From assembly GCF_000002865.3 (NCBI RefSeq), contig NW_001865083.1, forward strand, positions 92,097 through 128,482: DNA of 36,386 nt. Direction: 5' to 3'. A model generated the notes under the pieces. The model did no database searches. It was given only the letters and a program-made list of their open reading frames with translations, and was not told where the DNA came from. Numbering within the stretch: position 1 is the first letter of the stretch; every line of letters begins with the position of its first letter. The translations under genes were made by a program, and so were the position numbers. Shown in pieces: positions 25,348 through 35,762 of the stretch. Origin of the DNA: Monosiga brevicollis MX1 (taxonomy: Eukaryota).

Positions 25348-25902
25348 CAGGAGGAGGAAAGAGGGGAGACGCACACTTAGAGAGTGACGCACATGGATGT
25401 ACACACACACACACACACACACACACCACGACCAAGCGCACACACACACCACGACCAAGCGCACACACAGACGATCAAACGCACAGCAAAGGCGGGGCAG
25501 GCACGAGAGAGAGAGAGAGAGAGAGAGAGAGCCATGGAGCCGAATGACAAGCAAAAGGGGGACAAGACGTTAAAGATCGAGGCCAGTGTGTGCGTGTCAA
25601 ACCCCCCACGCACAGTGGTAAGCGACAAGGAAAGCGACATCCGTGTTTGCAAATGCCAGTCAACGCCAGTGAACGCGCGGTCGAAGCGCCTCCCGGGGCT
25701 GCCGTTTCACTTGGAAACACACACACACACACACACACACGATGTACCCTTGCAAATGCATTTGGGCGAATGCACAACACCAGAGGAGCCATGCACACGA
25801 GGGCGCGTAGAGGCGACCATGCCCAAAGGGTTTGTACAGATACAGGTACATACACTTGTCAACGGACACGAGGCGCGCTGCCGTTTCAGTCAAGCGCGCG
25901 CC

Positions 25903-25905
<3 letters not shown>

Positions 25906-25985
<80 letters not shown>

Positions 25986-25998
25986 CTCTCATCTCTCT

Positions 25999-26058
<60 letters not shown>
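25906..26058. repeat. interrupted (TC)n microsatellite between Sec14 and RPL29
   Basis: TC run with a few interruptions read directly. Confidence 0.95.
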
Positions 26059-26059
<1 letters not shown>

Positions 26060-26624
26060 ACAGACACGTATGCAGTATTCAGAGAGAGGGAAGGGGGCCA
26101 GCTCACAACCAACGAGTTTCGCAGGGAGATATAACGATAACCAGAGATGCGATGTGTGTCAATCACTCAAAATCGGTTGAAATTTTCTGTCTTTGGGCTT
26201 ACCGTCCAAATTAGGAAGAAAATGGCAAATTTAGGCCAAACCTCTCTCTCTCTCTCTCTCTCTCTTTTGCACTGATGTTTTGAAATGTTTAGAATGAAGG
26301 GGTGGTCTCAAGAAAAGGGTTTGCTGTCCGTTGCACCGAAAAGCCAATGAGGCTGAGGGCAGATGGCTTCATGACCAAGGGGAAACAAGGGCTCCCTCCC
26401 GCCCTGTAGCCTTGGGTCTCGCTCCAGCACATATGAAGCCACACGAGCCGATCCCCCGCTTGCCTCCCATCACCCCCTCCGCCGCCTCTGCGCCTCCGCC
26501 GCCGCCGTCGCCAACGTCAACTCGCCAACGTCAATGTCAGCAGATCAAACAACAAACAACGACAACGACAAAGTACAACAGGTGTTTTCCGATTGATATC
26601 ACACCAGCGGTTTTTTTACCCCCA

Positions 26625-26640
26625 CACTTTTCTACTCTGT
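26625..26640 (+). promoter_or_regulatory. putative TCT-initiator / 5'TOP-like start of RPL29
   Basis: CACTTTTCTACTCT lies ~20 nt before a donor-like gag|GTTTGA (26647). The same CACTTTTC occurs upstream of RPL9. Confidence 0.4.
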
Positions 26641-26646
26641 TTCGAG

Positions 26647-27022
26647 GTTTGAACCCTTCCATGCGTTGGCCCGGTTCCGCGGCCCTTGGACCGCGCTGGG
26701 TGTCGAGGCGAAAGCGACGGCGGCCTGCCCTGCTTCTGCACGATGGGGGGCCCCATTCGCTGGCCTGGGGCATGTGGATCAGTGGCTCTGATTCATCGGC
26801 ATGACGCTCGTTTGATCAGATCCAGCCGTGCACTGCCTTTGAGTGCCTCTTTTTTTGGGGGTCTTTTCCTTTGTGTGTGTGTCCATGAGACAGCTGAGCT
26901 TGAGCGTGCGCGCGCGCTTGTCGGCTCGTCTTTGGACGCGGTCAAACCTTGAGGGTTGCCCCTTCGCCTTGGCTCTTCCTTTTTTACATCACAGCTCATG
27001 CCACGCCCATTGCTTTCTACAG
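26647..27022 (+). other. putative 376-nt 5'UTR intron of RPL29
   Basis: Donor tcgag|GTTTGA at 26647, branch-like GCTCAT, and acceptor ttctacAG| at 27022, 10 nt before the ATG. The acceptor is better supported than the donor. Confidence 0.5.
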
Positions 27023-27032
27023 ACCGTTAGCC

Positions 27033-27490
27033 ATGGCCAAGTCCAAGAACCACACCGCCCACAACCAGAGTATGTTGGGCCTCGCACTTCTCCCTGTGCT
27101 TTGCTGCCCGCTCTAGAGTCAGCGGCCGCGACAGGGCTTTGTTTTTGTTCAATTCCACAAGGAACCATCGGAACCATTGGTGGAAAGCTGACACCTTTCG
27201 TCAATGTTCTCGCCTGCTCATGTAGACTACAAGGCCCACCGTAACGGCCTCAAGAAGCCCAAGACCAAGCGCTTCCCCGCTCTCAAGGGCGTACGTTTCA
27301 TCTTCGCCTGCGCGCCTCATCAACGGCCAGCGACCACACCAGTGAATAAGACGCGTTGCTCACACAATCTTGCTTTTTCGCATCATGCGGCGTTCCTCTT
27401 GTCCTCCCGCAGATGGACCCCAAGTTCCTCCGCAACATGCGCTTTGCCAAGAAGGGCAACGTGCGCGCGGCCCAGGAGCAGAAGGCTTAA
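27033..27490 (+). CDS. RPL29: 60S ribosomal protein L29 (eL29), 3 coding exons, 59 aa
   Basis: Exons 27033-27069, 27226-27290 and 27413-27490 give MAKSKNHTAHNQNYKAHRNGLKKPKTKRFPALKGMDPKFLRNMRFAKKGNVRAAQEQKA*, which carries the eL29 signature. Confidence 0.97.
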
Positions 27491-28322
27491 GTTGGTGGTG
27501 ACACACTCTTGTCTCCAAACCAGACTTTTGTGACTCTTACAGCCATATAGGGTGCACAAGGGAGGATCAGATCCCGTTGGACCCGTCCTCTTGCTCCCGG
27601 GGCGGTGTCTTCTTGACCCGTCTCAAATCGCTTCCCCTTGCTCTCCTTCTCTCCCAACCCCGTGGTCTTGATGACTTGACTCGAAAACTCTTTTTTTTTT
27701 TTCCATTGTCTTCCCTCCCGAAACTGGCTCGATGATCACCTTCAAAACACTTGAAAGGGTAACAGACTTCCAAGATCTCTAGCATGCAGCCTTGTGGTGG
27801 ATCCTCGATCAGCGAGGGAACAGAGCGATCAAATGGCCAAATCAGGAAGCGCAAACAGCACGGAATGACAGAACGCTGTTTGTTAAGTGATTTGTACAGA
27901 GGAGGAGAAAGGGATACGCGTCGATACTTCATCAACGTCCTGAAAGAACCACCAAAAGCCCCTTGTGCCATTGGCCATGACCTGTTCATGCCCGGTGGGC
28001 TCGACAGAGTTAAACCTGGTCCCTGAGCAGGTTTCAACATGACTCATGTGATGGAAGCACTCGGTGCATCCACCACGCTCAATCGGGAATAGCAAGGACA
28101 GGCAGAACATCAACACTCCCCATGTTTGGCCGGGAACGACGCGTGATTAAAAACAAACGCGTTAACATTGTAAAAAGATGTGAGGCGTCGGGCTCCCAAT
28201 TGTTGTGAGGAAAAGTGAAATCTTGGGAAGAAGAAATGGGGTAACAATCAAGATTGCAATTTCCACGCTCGCTGGATCCGAGGCTGTACCACGGGCGTGC
28301 AATATTGGCCACCTTGGCATGT

Positions 28323-29820
28323 TTATGCGTCAATGGGGTCAACGGTGCCGACGTCCGAGACGTAGATACCGTCAAGGAACTTACGGATATCCTTCTTGGT
28401 GACCAGAGTCGACTGGTGGATGAGAGCGGCCGAGAGGGAGACCTTCTCAATGTCGTTGCCCTGCAGGAAAAAAAAGGGGGGACGTCAAGAGCACAAGCAT
28501 GATTCGTGAGAGTTAGCAAGCAAATGGGAAAAAAAAACCGACCCAATCGTGCCCAAAAAGATGCGTCCATCAAACAAGACCGGCGCAGACGACGAGTGCA
28601 AATGCAGAAAACCCTGAAAAAACATACCTCAACAACAATCTCGTCCTTGTTGGAAGTGGACTTGACGGTGACACCCTCAAGCATGTGACGGGTGCGCACA
28701 ACCTTCTCGCCAAGGAAGTTGCGGATGTTGATCGTCTTGTCGCCATCAAAGGCCAAGTTGATGGGGAAATGCGCATACACCGTCTTCATGGTGTAGGCAA
28801 AACCGTACGAGACACCCTTGATCATGTTCTTGATGTGGGAGGCAACGGTGCGCACGCACGAGAGGGCCTTCTTGTTGGCCAACCAGCACGAGACCTTGAG
28901 CTTCTGAGCAGAGACGAAGACAATCTCCGTCTGGATGTGCCTGAAGACGCGCTCCAAAGTGCCGCGCTTGCCGGTCACCTTGATGTGGCGCTGGTTCACC
29001 TCGACGGTGACTGTTGGGGAGGCAAACAAGACGAGACATGGATGGTGAGCACTGGGCGACTGACGGAAGTGTGAGGAAACAGCAAAGATGGCATGGCATC
29101 GATAATGATATCAAGACATTGTGGTGAGAACAGAGGTGGTGATAGTAGCTGGCTGAACTGCGTCGTCGTGGTGGCTCACAAACTGGAGCTCGCTCAACAA
29201 ACAAATCCCCCTTCTCGCGCCCCGTTGGACGCTGCGCACAAGATCATGTGCAAAAGTGGCGCGCTTGGACAGAGGCGACACCATGCCCTTGGACAGAAAA
29301 CAAGATGTGCCGCACCGCCCTGTCCAGGGCGCCTTGACAAGGTGCACGAACAGTCGTGCAACGCAAGGTCTTTGGGGATCTGGGACCGACGCGTCGAGAT
29401 GGCACACAGAACCGATGGCGCGCCCTCGTGCGTGATGGATGTGGGGCCGCTTGCAGCTCCATGAACCCCGGCATTCCAAGAGGAGACCGAGGATGAACCG
29501 TCTGGGCCACCAAGTCAGCCCAAAAGTACGCAAGCCGCGATGACAGGCACCCAAGACCCGATACACCAGGCTGACGCTGAGGCTGAGGCCGAGGGTCCTC
29601 GTGGCCTCTTTCCAAGCTCAACGTCAAAGACTACCTGCTTTTCCTCCCGACCTTTCTCAAAACGCAACAAGACCACCAGGACCACCACCACCACCACCAC
29701 CACCACCACAATGTCTTTGACATGCCAGGGCACCGCCGTTTGCAGAGCAAGAGGGGAGAGCAGGGAATACGCACCGCCATCGGGGATGGTAACAAACTCG
29801 GACGAGCAGATGACCTTCAT
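28323..29820 (-). CDS. RPL9: 60S ribosomal protein L9 (uL6), 3 exons, 188 aa
   Basis: Exons 29820-29775, 29010-28628 and 28460-28323 total 567 nt: [20 protein letters not shown]...VTGKRGTL...VYAHFPIN...IRNFLGEK...EGNDIEKVS...[13 protein letters not shown]. Confidence 0.97.
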
Positions 29821-29847
29821 CTCGGCGGTCAGCGCAGGTGCGTGGGT

Positions 29848-29857
29848 GGGAAAAGTG
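29848..29857 (-). promoter_or_regulatory. putative TCT-initiator / 5'TOP-like start of RPL9
   Basis: Minus-strand CACTTTTCCC about 30 nt upstream of the ATG, matching the RPL29 motif. Confidence 0.4.
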
Positions 29858-30203
29858 AATCAATGTGGGGAGGAAAAATCACGTGGGAACGATTCAACTT
29901 TCTTGTCCCTGTTTGCAAGCCACCTGCTTGATAGCAAAAATGGCCGTACGCGAAAGCTGTCACCATGACCGTGTCAATTGTCAGAAAATTCGTGTCGGCG
30001 GCCTGGTGCGAGTTCTCATCACTTGGTTCTTTCCAGCGTCCATGCTGTCTCTGAGTACAGACGGCAGCCATGTTATTTCTCTGTGTTTGCCTCTGAAATA
30101 ACCTTAAAGGTCATTGACGATCCGCACGCCTCTCTACCACCACACCCTCACATCATCCATTCTCTTCGAGTTCTCGATCACATTGACCTTATCTTGACCT
30201 ATA

Positions 30204-30468
30204 ATCTCTCTCTGATCTGATCTCTCTCTCTTGATCTCTCTCTCGATCTCCCTCTCTCTCTCTCTTGATCTCTCTCTCTGAATTCATCTCTCTCTCTCTG
30301 ATCTCTCTCTCTCTCTTGATCTCTCTCTGATCTCTCTCTCCTTCTTGATCTCTCTCTCTGATCTCTCTCTCTGATCTCTCTCTCTCTCTTGATCTCTCTC
30401 TCGATCTCCCTCTCTCTCTCTCTTGATCTCTTACTCTCTCTCTCTCTCTCTCTGATCTCTCTCTCTCA
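30204..30468. repeat. compound (TC)n satellite punctuated by GATC
   Basis: Units of (T)GATC(TC)n. A block of about 45 nt recurs at ~30227 and ~30385. Confidence 0.9.
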
Positions 30469-30568
30469 CTTTCTCTGCTCTCTTGTCGTCAGTAAGCTCC
30501 AACTGCTCGCTCTGTGTGTGTCTCTCTCTCTCTCTCGCTCTCTCTCGTGCGCGCTCTCTCGTGTCGGT

Positions 30569-30678
30569 NNNNNNNNNNNNNNNNNNNNNNNNNNNNNNNN
30601 NNNNNNNNNNNNNNNNNNNNNNNNNNNNNNNNNNNNNNNNNNNNNNNNNNNNNNNNNNNNNNNNNNNNNNNNNNNNNN
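30569..30678. other. assembly gap (110 N)
   Basis: Run of N. Confidence 1.
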
Positions 30679-30796
30679 CGTTTGGAGGGCGTCTGCTGCT
30701 GACGCTGACACTGGCGCTGGCTTGAGCGTCGTGGCGGCTTTGCCTTGTGCCCCGCTTAGACAGGGCTGGGGATTGGATCATCCCTGAAAAAAAAAA

Positions 30797-33352
30797 ATGG
30801 CGGCTGTGGGTACCCCCGTCGCTGCTGGCTCGGGCCGTGACTCGCGATCCTTCTCCATGCGGTCCACCGCGCCATGCCGGGTCAGCGGCGTCTCCTTGAC
30901 CATAGAAAAGGTCATCCCCCGAACCGGCCCCAATGGTACGCGCCCATGCCAGCGCCTCTTCTCCTCTCCAAGCCGTTGACCTTGCCCCACTGCACTTGCA
31001 AGCTGTCGAGCCCGGTCCCCCTTGACACCTTTGCTCCCGTAGGCGAATACATGGTCTACGTCATCAAGGTCGAGGCAGACCCCGACAACGCCGCTGGCCT
31101 CGCCCCAAACTCCCACTCGGTTGAGCGCCGGTAAGCACCCCCATGCAAGATTGCACAGCTCATTTACCGAGGCAGTCGCCCAGCCACATCACCAACACCA
31201 CCACCACCACCACCAACGCCGCTGCCCTCGCTCATGCGCTCCCGTCACCACATCATCTCTCGCTGGCAGCTACAACGAGTTTTTGCTGCTCCACAAATAC
31301 CTTGCGTCCCACTACCCCCATGTTCCCTTGCCCCCGCTCCCAGAAAAACGCCTCAACTTCAAGGTGGGCTATGTCGCCAAACCTCCAAACCTGCTGCCCT
31401 GCCTGTTGTTTATTTTTTTTTTTTTTTCTCACCCCACTGGATTCTGTGGTACCCGCGAGACAGCTGACCACTCTCAGTAATGACATTGGAGAGGAGTCCT
31501 TTGTCAACAAGCGACGCATTGCTCTTTGCGATTTCCTCATGCGCACCCTCGAACATCCCATCCTCAGCGCTGACCAAGGTAAAAACACGCCTCAAGCGCC
31601 ATCCGGTCGCGCGCTTAAAAGTCATTGCTAGTCCCGCTCGCTCACCGTGGCTGCCATCTCGCAGGCTTTCATCGATTCGTCACGGTCATGCTTGATTGGA
31701 GCCAAGACCTCACCGATGCCGAAGGCAACCCTCTTCAAGCCTCCAGCCTCAACCCAGCCAAATCATTGAGTGCCGTCTTTGCCGGCGATACAGGCCACCG
31801 GTACGGGACTAGCATACAGTGTCACCCCTAGGCCTTTGCCAGCCACCACCAACCACCACGACCTCCTTCCTGCTCCCCTGACGGACGCTTGCGCCTCTCC
31901 CCACAAACAGACAATTCCGCGACTTGCACAATTATGCCGATGTCTTACAAGAGCATCTCGTAGGCCTTTTGGCCGTACACGGCCGGTGTGTTGTCTATTC
32001 GCCAACCGATCACTTGCCCACCTACTGTGTGCTCACCCACCACTGGTTTCTGCCCATATAGCCTAGCCCAAAACACTCAGCGGCTCACTGTCGCCTTTGA
32101 AGAATTGGGCATGGCCTTTGAGTAAGTGCACGCGTACCCAACCCGCTCGCTTGCTGCCCAAACGTGTGTGTTTTTAAAATTCTTTGCCGTCCTGCTCGGG
32201 TTGTAGCGACTGGTCACGCATTGAAGTTACCCTGGCCGAAGACTTGGCCGAGATCTGTCGTCTCTTTGACCGGTACATCCTTTCGCTCTGTGATGCGCGG
32301 AGCACTCCCGACGCTCTTTAAACCCTGAACATGAACTGCCCCCCACCCCCATCCTTGCGCCATGATCCCATGTTCACCTGCACCGACACTTTTTTTTTTT
32401 TTAAGGCAAGCCGAACGCCTCATTAACGGCCTTCGTGATGAAGAGCGCTTTGCCGACTGCGTCAAGGTCGGTTCACCAACCCTCTCATCATCACCAGTGA
32501 CCACCAGTGTCTCAAACTGCGTGCGGTGCTCGTCGACAGGTGTTTAGCGGCTATGGTGACTCGCTGCGCGCCGTCGTGTCACACCAACAAGTGCTACATG
32601 GCAAAGTCGCCAAGGCCGAGCAAGCCAAGCTCAACAAGCAACAACAGCTCGAGGCCCTCGACACCACCTCAGATAGCGTCAGTGCCAAACTGCTGGGCAC
32701 GTGGCTGTCGATTTCTCTTCTAGCCCGTCCTAAGATTGCTCTTCATCTTGTCGGTTGATCCGTTTAACATTACAGGGCATCTCTGGTTTCTTCAGTCGTC
32801 TGACGGGGCCGAGCACCCCCGAGGCACGTGAGGAATTGCGGACAAAGCTCACCGCAGAGGTGAGTCACTCGCGCTTTTGGACACGTGCACCAACCTGGCC
32901 AAGGCACATGTCTCATCGACCCGATGCCAACCCAACCCTAGCTACAAGCCTTGACGACCGAGGCTTCAGAACAGGAACGCTGCAACAAGTATGTCCACGT
33001 CGCAGCGCGCAAGACTCTTGCTCAGGCGCCAGACTTGATCCTGACGGCGACCCATCTGCGCGTGTGCGCACCTTGTGTGCCCCCATAGCGAGTTTGTGCA
33101 GGCTGCCCTGGGCGAGGTGGATCGATTTCAAAAGTTCAAGCAGCGAGAACTGATTCTCATGTTCCTCTCCTTTGCCAAAGTTCAACAGGTCGGTGGGCGA
33201 TGTCCATGTCTCCGCAGCAAGGCCGTGCGAAAAGCGGTGGCTCATCCAGCGTGAATTGTGCCATGTCCTGCCACGCGTAGGCTTATGCGCAGGCGCACGT
33301 GCGGTTATGGACCAAGGTTCAAACCGTCCTGACAGCCATGCATGCACAATGA
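30797..33352 (+). CDS. SNX4: sorting nexin-4-like PX-BAR protein, about 14 exons
   Basis: Exons 30797-30935, 31043-31130, 31270-31363, 31464-31578 and onward give the PX motifs VERRYNEF, YPHVPLPPLPEKR and FVNKRRIALCDFLMRTLEHPIL. The BAR half reads FRDLHNYAD, DWSRIE, DEERFADCVK, TPEAREE, EFVQAALGEVDRFQKFK and ends VRLWTKVQTVLTAMHAQ* (TGA 33350-33352). It is colinear with animal SNX4 as I recall it. Confidence 0.88.
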
Positions 33353-33735
33353 CGAGGTCGTACCCTGCGTCCGTGCGCACATGATTAGAATCAGCGCCCA
33401 CGCATCACGATTCAGGACCGGGGCGATGTTGTTTGTTTGTTTGTTTGTTTTCCTTTGCCTGCTTTGGGTCTGGCGTGCAAGTATGTTTGCATGTGTGTAT
33501 GGAACTGGCAAACTGTGAAAAGGAGGTGCTGTGGGCCCATGATGCGACGGGCCTCATGTGCCCACCGGGAGGTGTATTTGAATAGACAGCTACAAACTTG
33601 AGTTTACGTGTTAATTTGACAGAGGCTGGGTGTGGACCCAGGGGTCGTTTCAGTACCAAGGTCGTCGCCTGAGGCGTTGTAGAATACGAAAGAAGAGCAC
33701 GGGCGCAACACAAGCAAACAAAGGCCTCGGTGATC

Positions 33736-34527
33736 TTATTGGCGGATGGCAAAGCCCACGTTGGACTCGGTGCTCTCCCAGACATCGCGGCCGGTGACAA
33801 TGTCGGCGCTGTTGAGCCAGGCTTCAAACTAAGCAGGAAATGCGCAAGTCAGTGGGGTTGAAAAGGGGGGAGTGTAGATGCCCGGCAGGACAAAGGGGCA
33901 GGCAGGTGCCCGCTGACAGGGACATACGTCTTTGAAGGCCTTTGAGCCGCAGTGTGTCTGCTTAAGGTCTGATTCAGACACGTAACGCTCGTAAATAAAG
34001 GCCTCGTTTGGGTTGGCATTGGTCGTCTGCGCCCCGATCCAGGATTGTGAGAGTTGAACGTTGTGCCCGCCACACTTGCAGTGCAAGGGTGCTGCCGCAA
34101 GAACGAGAAAGAGACGAAGGAGGAGGAGCAAGGCTGGATGCAGGTGGGGCGCCTGCCTACCGTCAGCTCGTAGGTGAGCGTGTTGGGCTCGTTCGCTTGC
34201 ACAAACTTGGCCAGTTCCGCCCAGCGCTTGATGAAGCCAGCTCGGGCGCCTGCACACCCATGGCGATCATCGTGCCCAGTGAGGCAGATCAAGTCACACG
34301 AGCCAAGGCCACGCTGCCATTGGCACGGCTTGCCAGCCATGACACGTACCCTCCTTAAACTCGAGACGGATAATCAAAACAAAAACGCCCTTGGGCTGCA
34401 CCTTGACCGGGCAGCAACCAGCCCCCAACCCCGCCTTGTTGTTACCAACAAGATACCCAACAGCCAACCCCACCGCGGCCGCCGCCGCCGCCGTTGCCGC
34501 CACTGATCCCGTCATTGAACATGCCAT
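33736..34527 (-). CDS. ABM (antibiotic biosynthesis monooxygenase-like, dimeric alpha-beta barrel) protein with hydrophobic N-terminal segment, 4 exons, ~152 aa
   Basis: Exons 34527-34350, 34249-34161, 34026-33928 and 33828-33736 total 459 nt: FVLIIRLEFKEGARAGFIKRW...NEPNTLTYEL...NPNEAFIYERYVSESDLKQTHCGSKAFKDF. This fits the ABM pattern EPG/N-x-L-x-Y ... YERW/Y ... H. The start could instead be ATG 34515. Confidence 0.8.
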
Positions 34528-34583
34528 TCTTGCCAGGTCTTGCATCAAAAAAAATTTAAAAAAAATAAAATAAAAGTCGCAAC

Positions 34584-34759
<176 letters not shown>

Positions 34760-34787
34760 CGTCTCTATGCAACAATGGTGGTCGGGC

Positions 34788-35102
34788 CCTATGGCTCTCA
34801 CTGACTCCCTATGGCTCCCTATGGGCGCCTCTTCCCCTCTCCCTTCCTCTCTCTCTCTCTGATGCGCCCTCTGACGCGCTCTGACGCGCCCTGGCTCTCC
34901 CTCTCCTTTTATGGTTCTCCTTGTGGTTGACTCCCTGGCTTTGACTCCCTGGCTGTGGCTCTCTTGCTGTGGCTCTTTTCCTCTGGCGCGTCCCTCTGGC
35001 TCTTTTCCTATGGCTCTCCCTTTGGCACTCTCCCTATCTGACTCTCTCCCTATCTGCCTCTCTTCTCTCCCCTTTTGGCACTCTCCCTCTCCTCTCTGAC
35101 TC
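34788..35102. repeat. degenerate pyrimidine-rich minisatellite (cctntggctct-like units)
   Basis: Recurrent ccta/ctggctct, tgactccct and ctctccctatctg units. Confidence 0.65.
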
Positions 35103-35762
35103 GATCGTCGTATGTTTGAGTGGAGAGGCGGGTGCAAATATCAAGGCTGTTGCCAGGAGAGAGAAAAACAAGAGAGAGAGAGGGGGGTTGGGGCGAAGAG
35201 CACGTCAGCGAGCAACGATCAAAGATCATCAAAGCGTGTCGGGTTGATTGATCGATTGGGCAGCAAAAGCGTGTGCATGCCACACGACACCACACCACAT
35301 GACAACACACACCGGCCAAGGATAAGGCGGAATTTGTTTTTAAAAAAAAGCCGCCTCAGAACCCCGTATCGAACGCAGAAGCGGTGGGCATGAGGGAGAC
35401 AAAAACCGGCAGACATACAGACCGGCACACACACAGACCGGCACACACACAGACCGGCACACACACACACACACACAGCCCGACAGACAGACGACACAGA
35501 CAACACCGAGTAAAGTGCTGCAGCACCGCAATCGCAAACTCGGTTGCAAAGCGTTTGTTCCAACTGCCAGAAAAGCAAATGGAAGAAAGGCTTTGCATCC
35601 GAGGTTGCGCGCGCACACACACACACACACCCCTCACACACATCCAAAGGCACAAGGACATGGCAAAAAAATAAAAGGGGGGTGTGGCGGCGCGGTGGGT
35701 GGGCGGGCGGGCGAAAGAAGAAATGGTCAAGCCCTTGGTTCAAAAAGAAAGGATTGACCATT

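Noticed and set aside
27567..28040. 157-aa minus ORF, 80-aa plus ORF and a TGATGA C-box-like word between RPL29 and RPL9
   Set aside because: No recognisable domain or codon bias, and no suitably spaced CTGA D-box; probably 3'UTR or intergenic sequence.
35405..35475. Repeated cacacagaccgg units
   Set aside because: Variant of a (CA)n microsatellite with no unique spacers.
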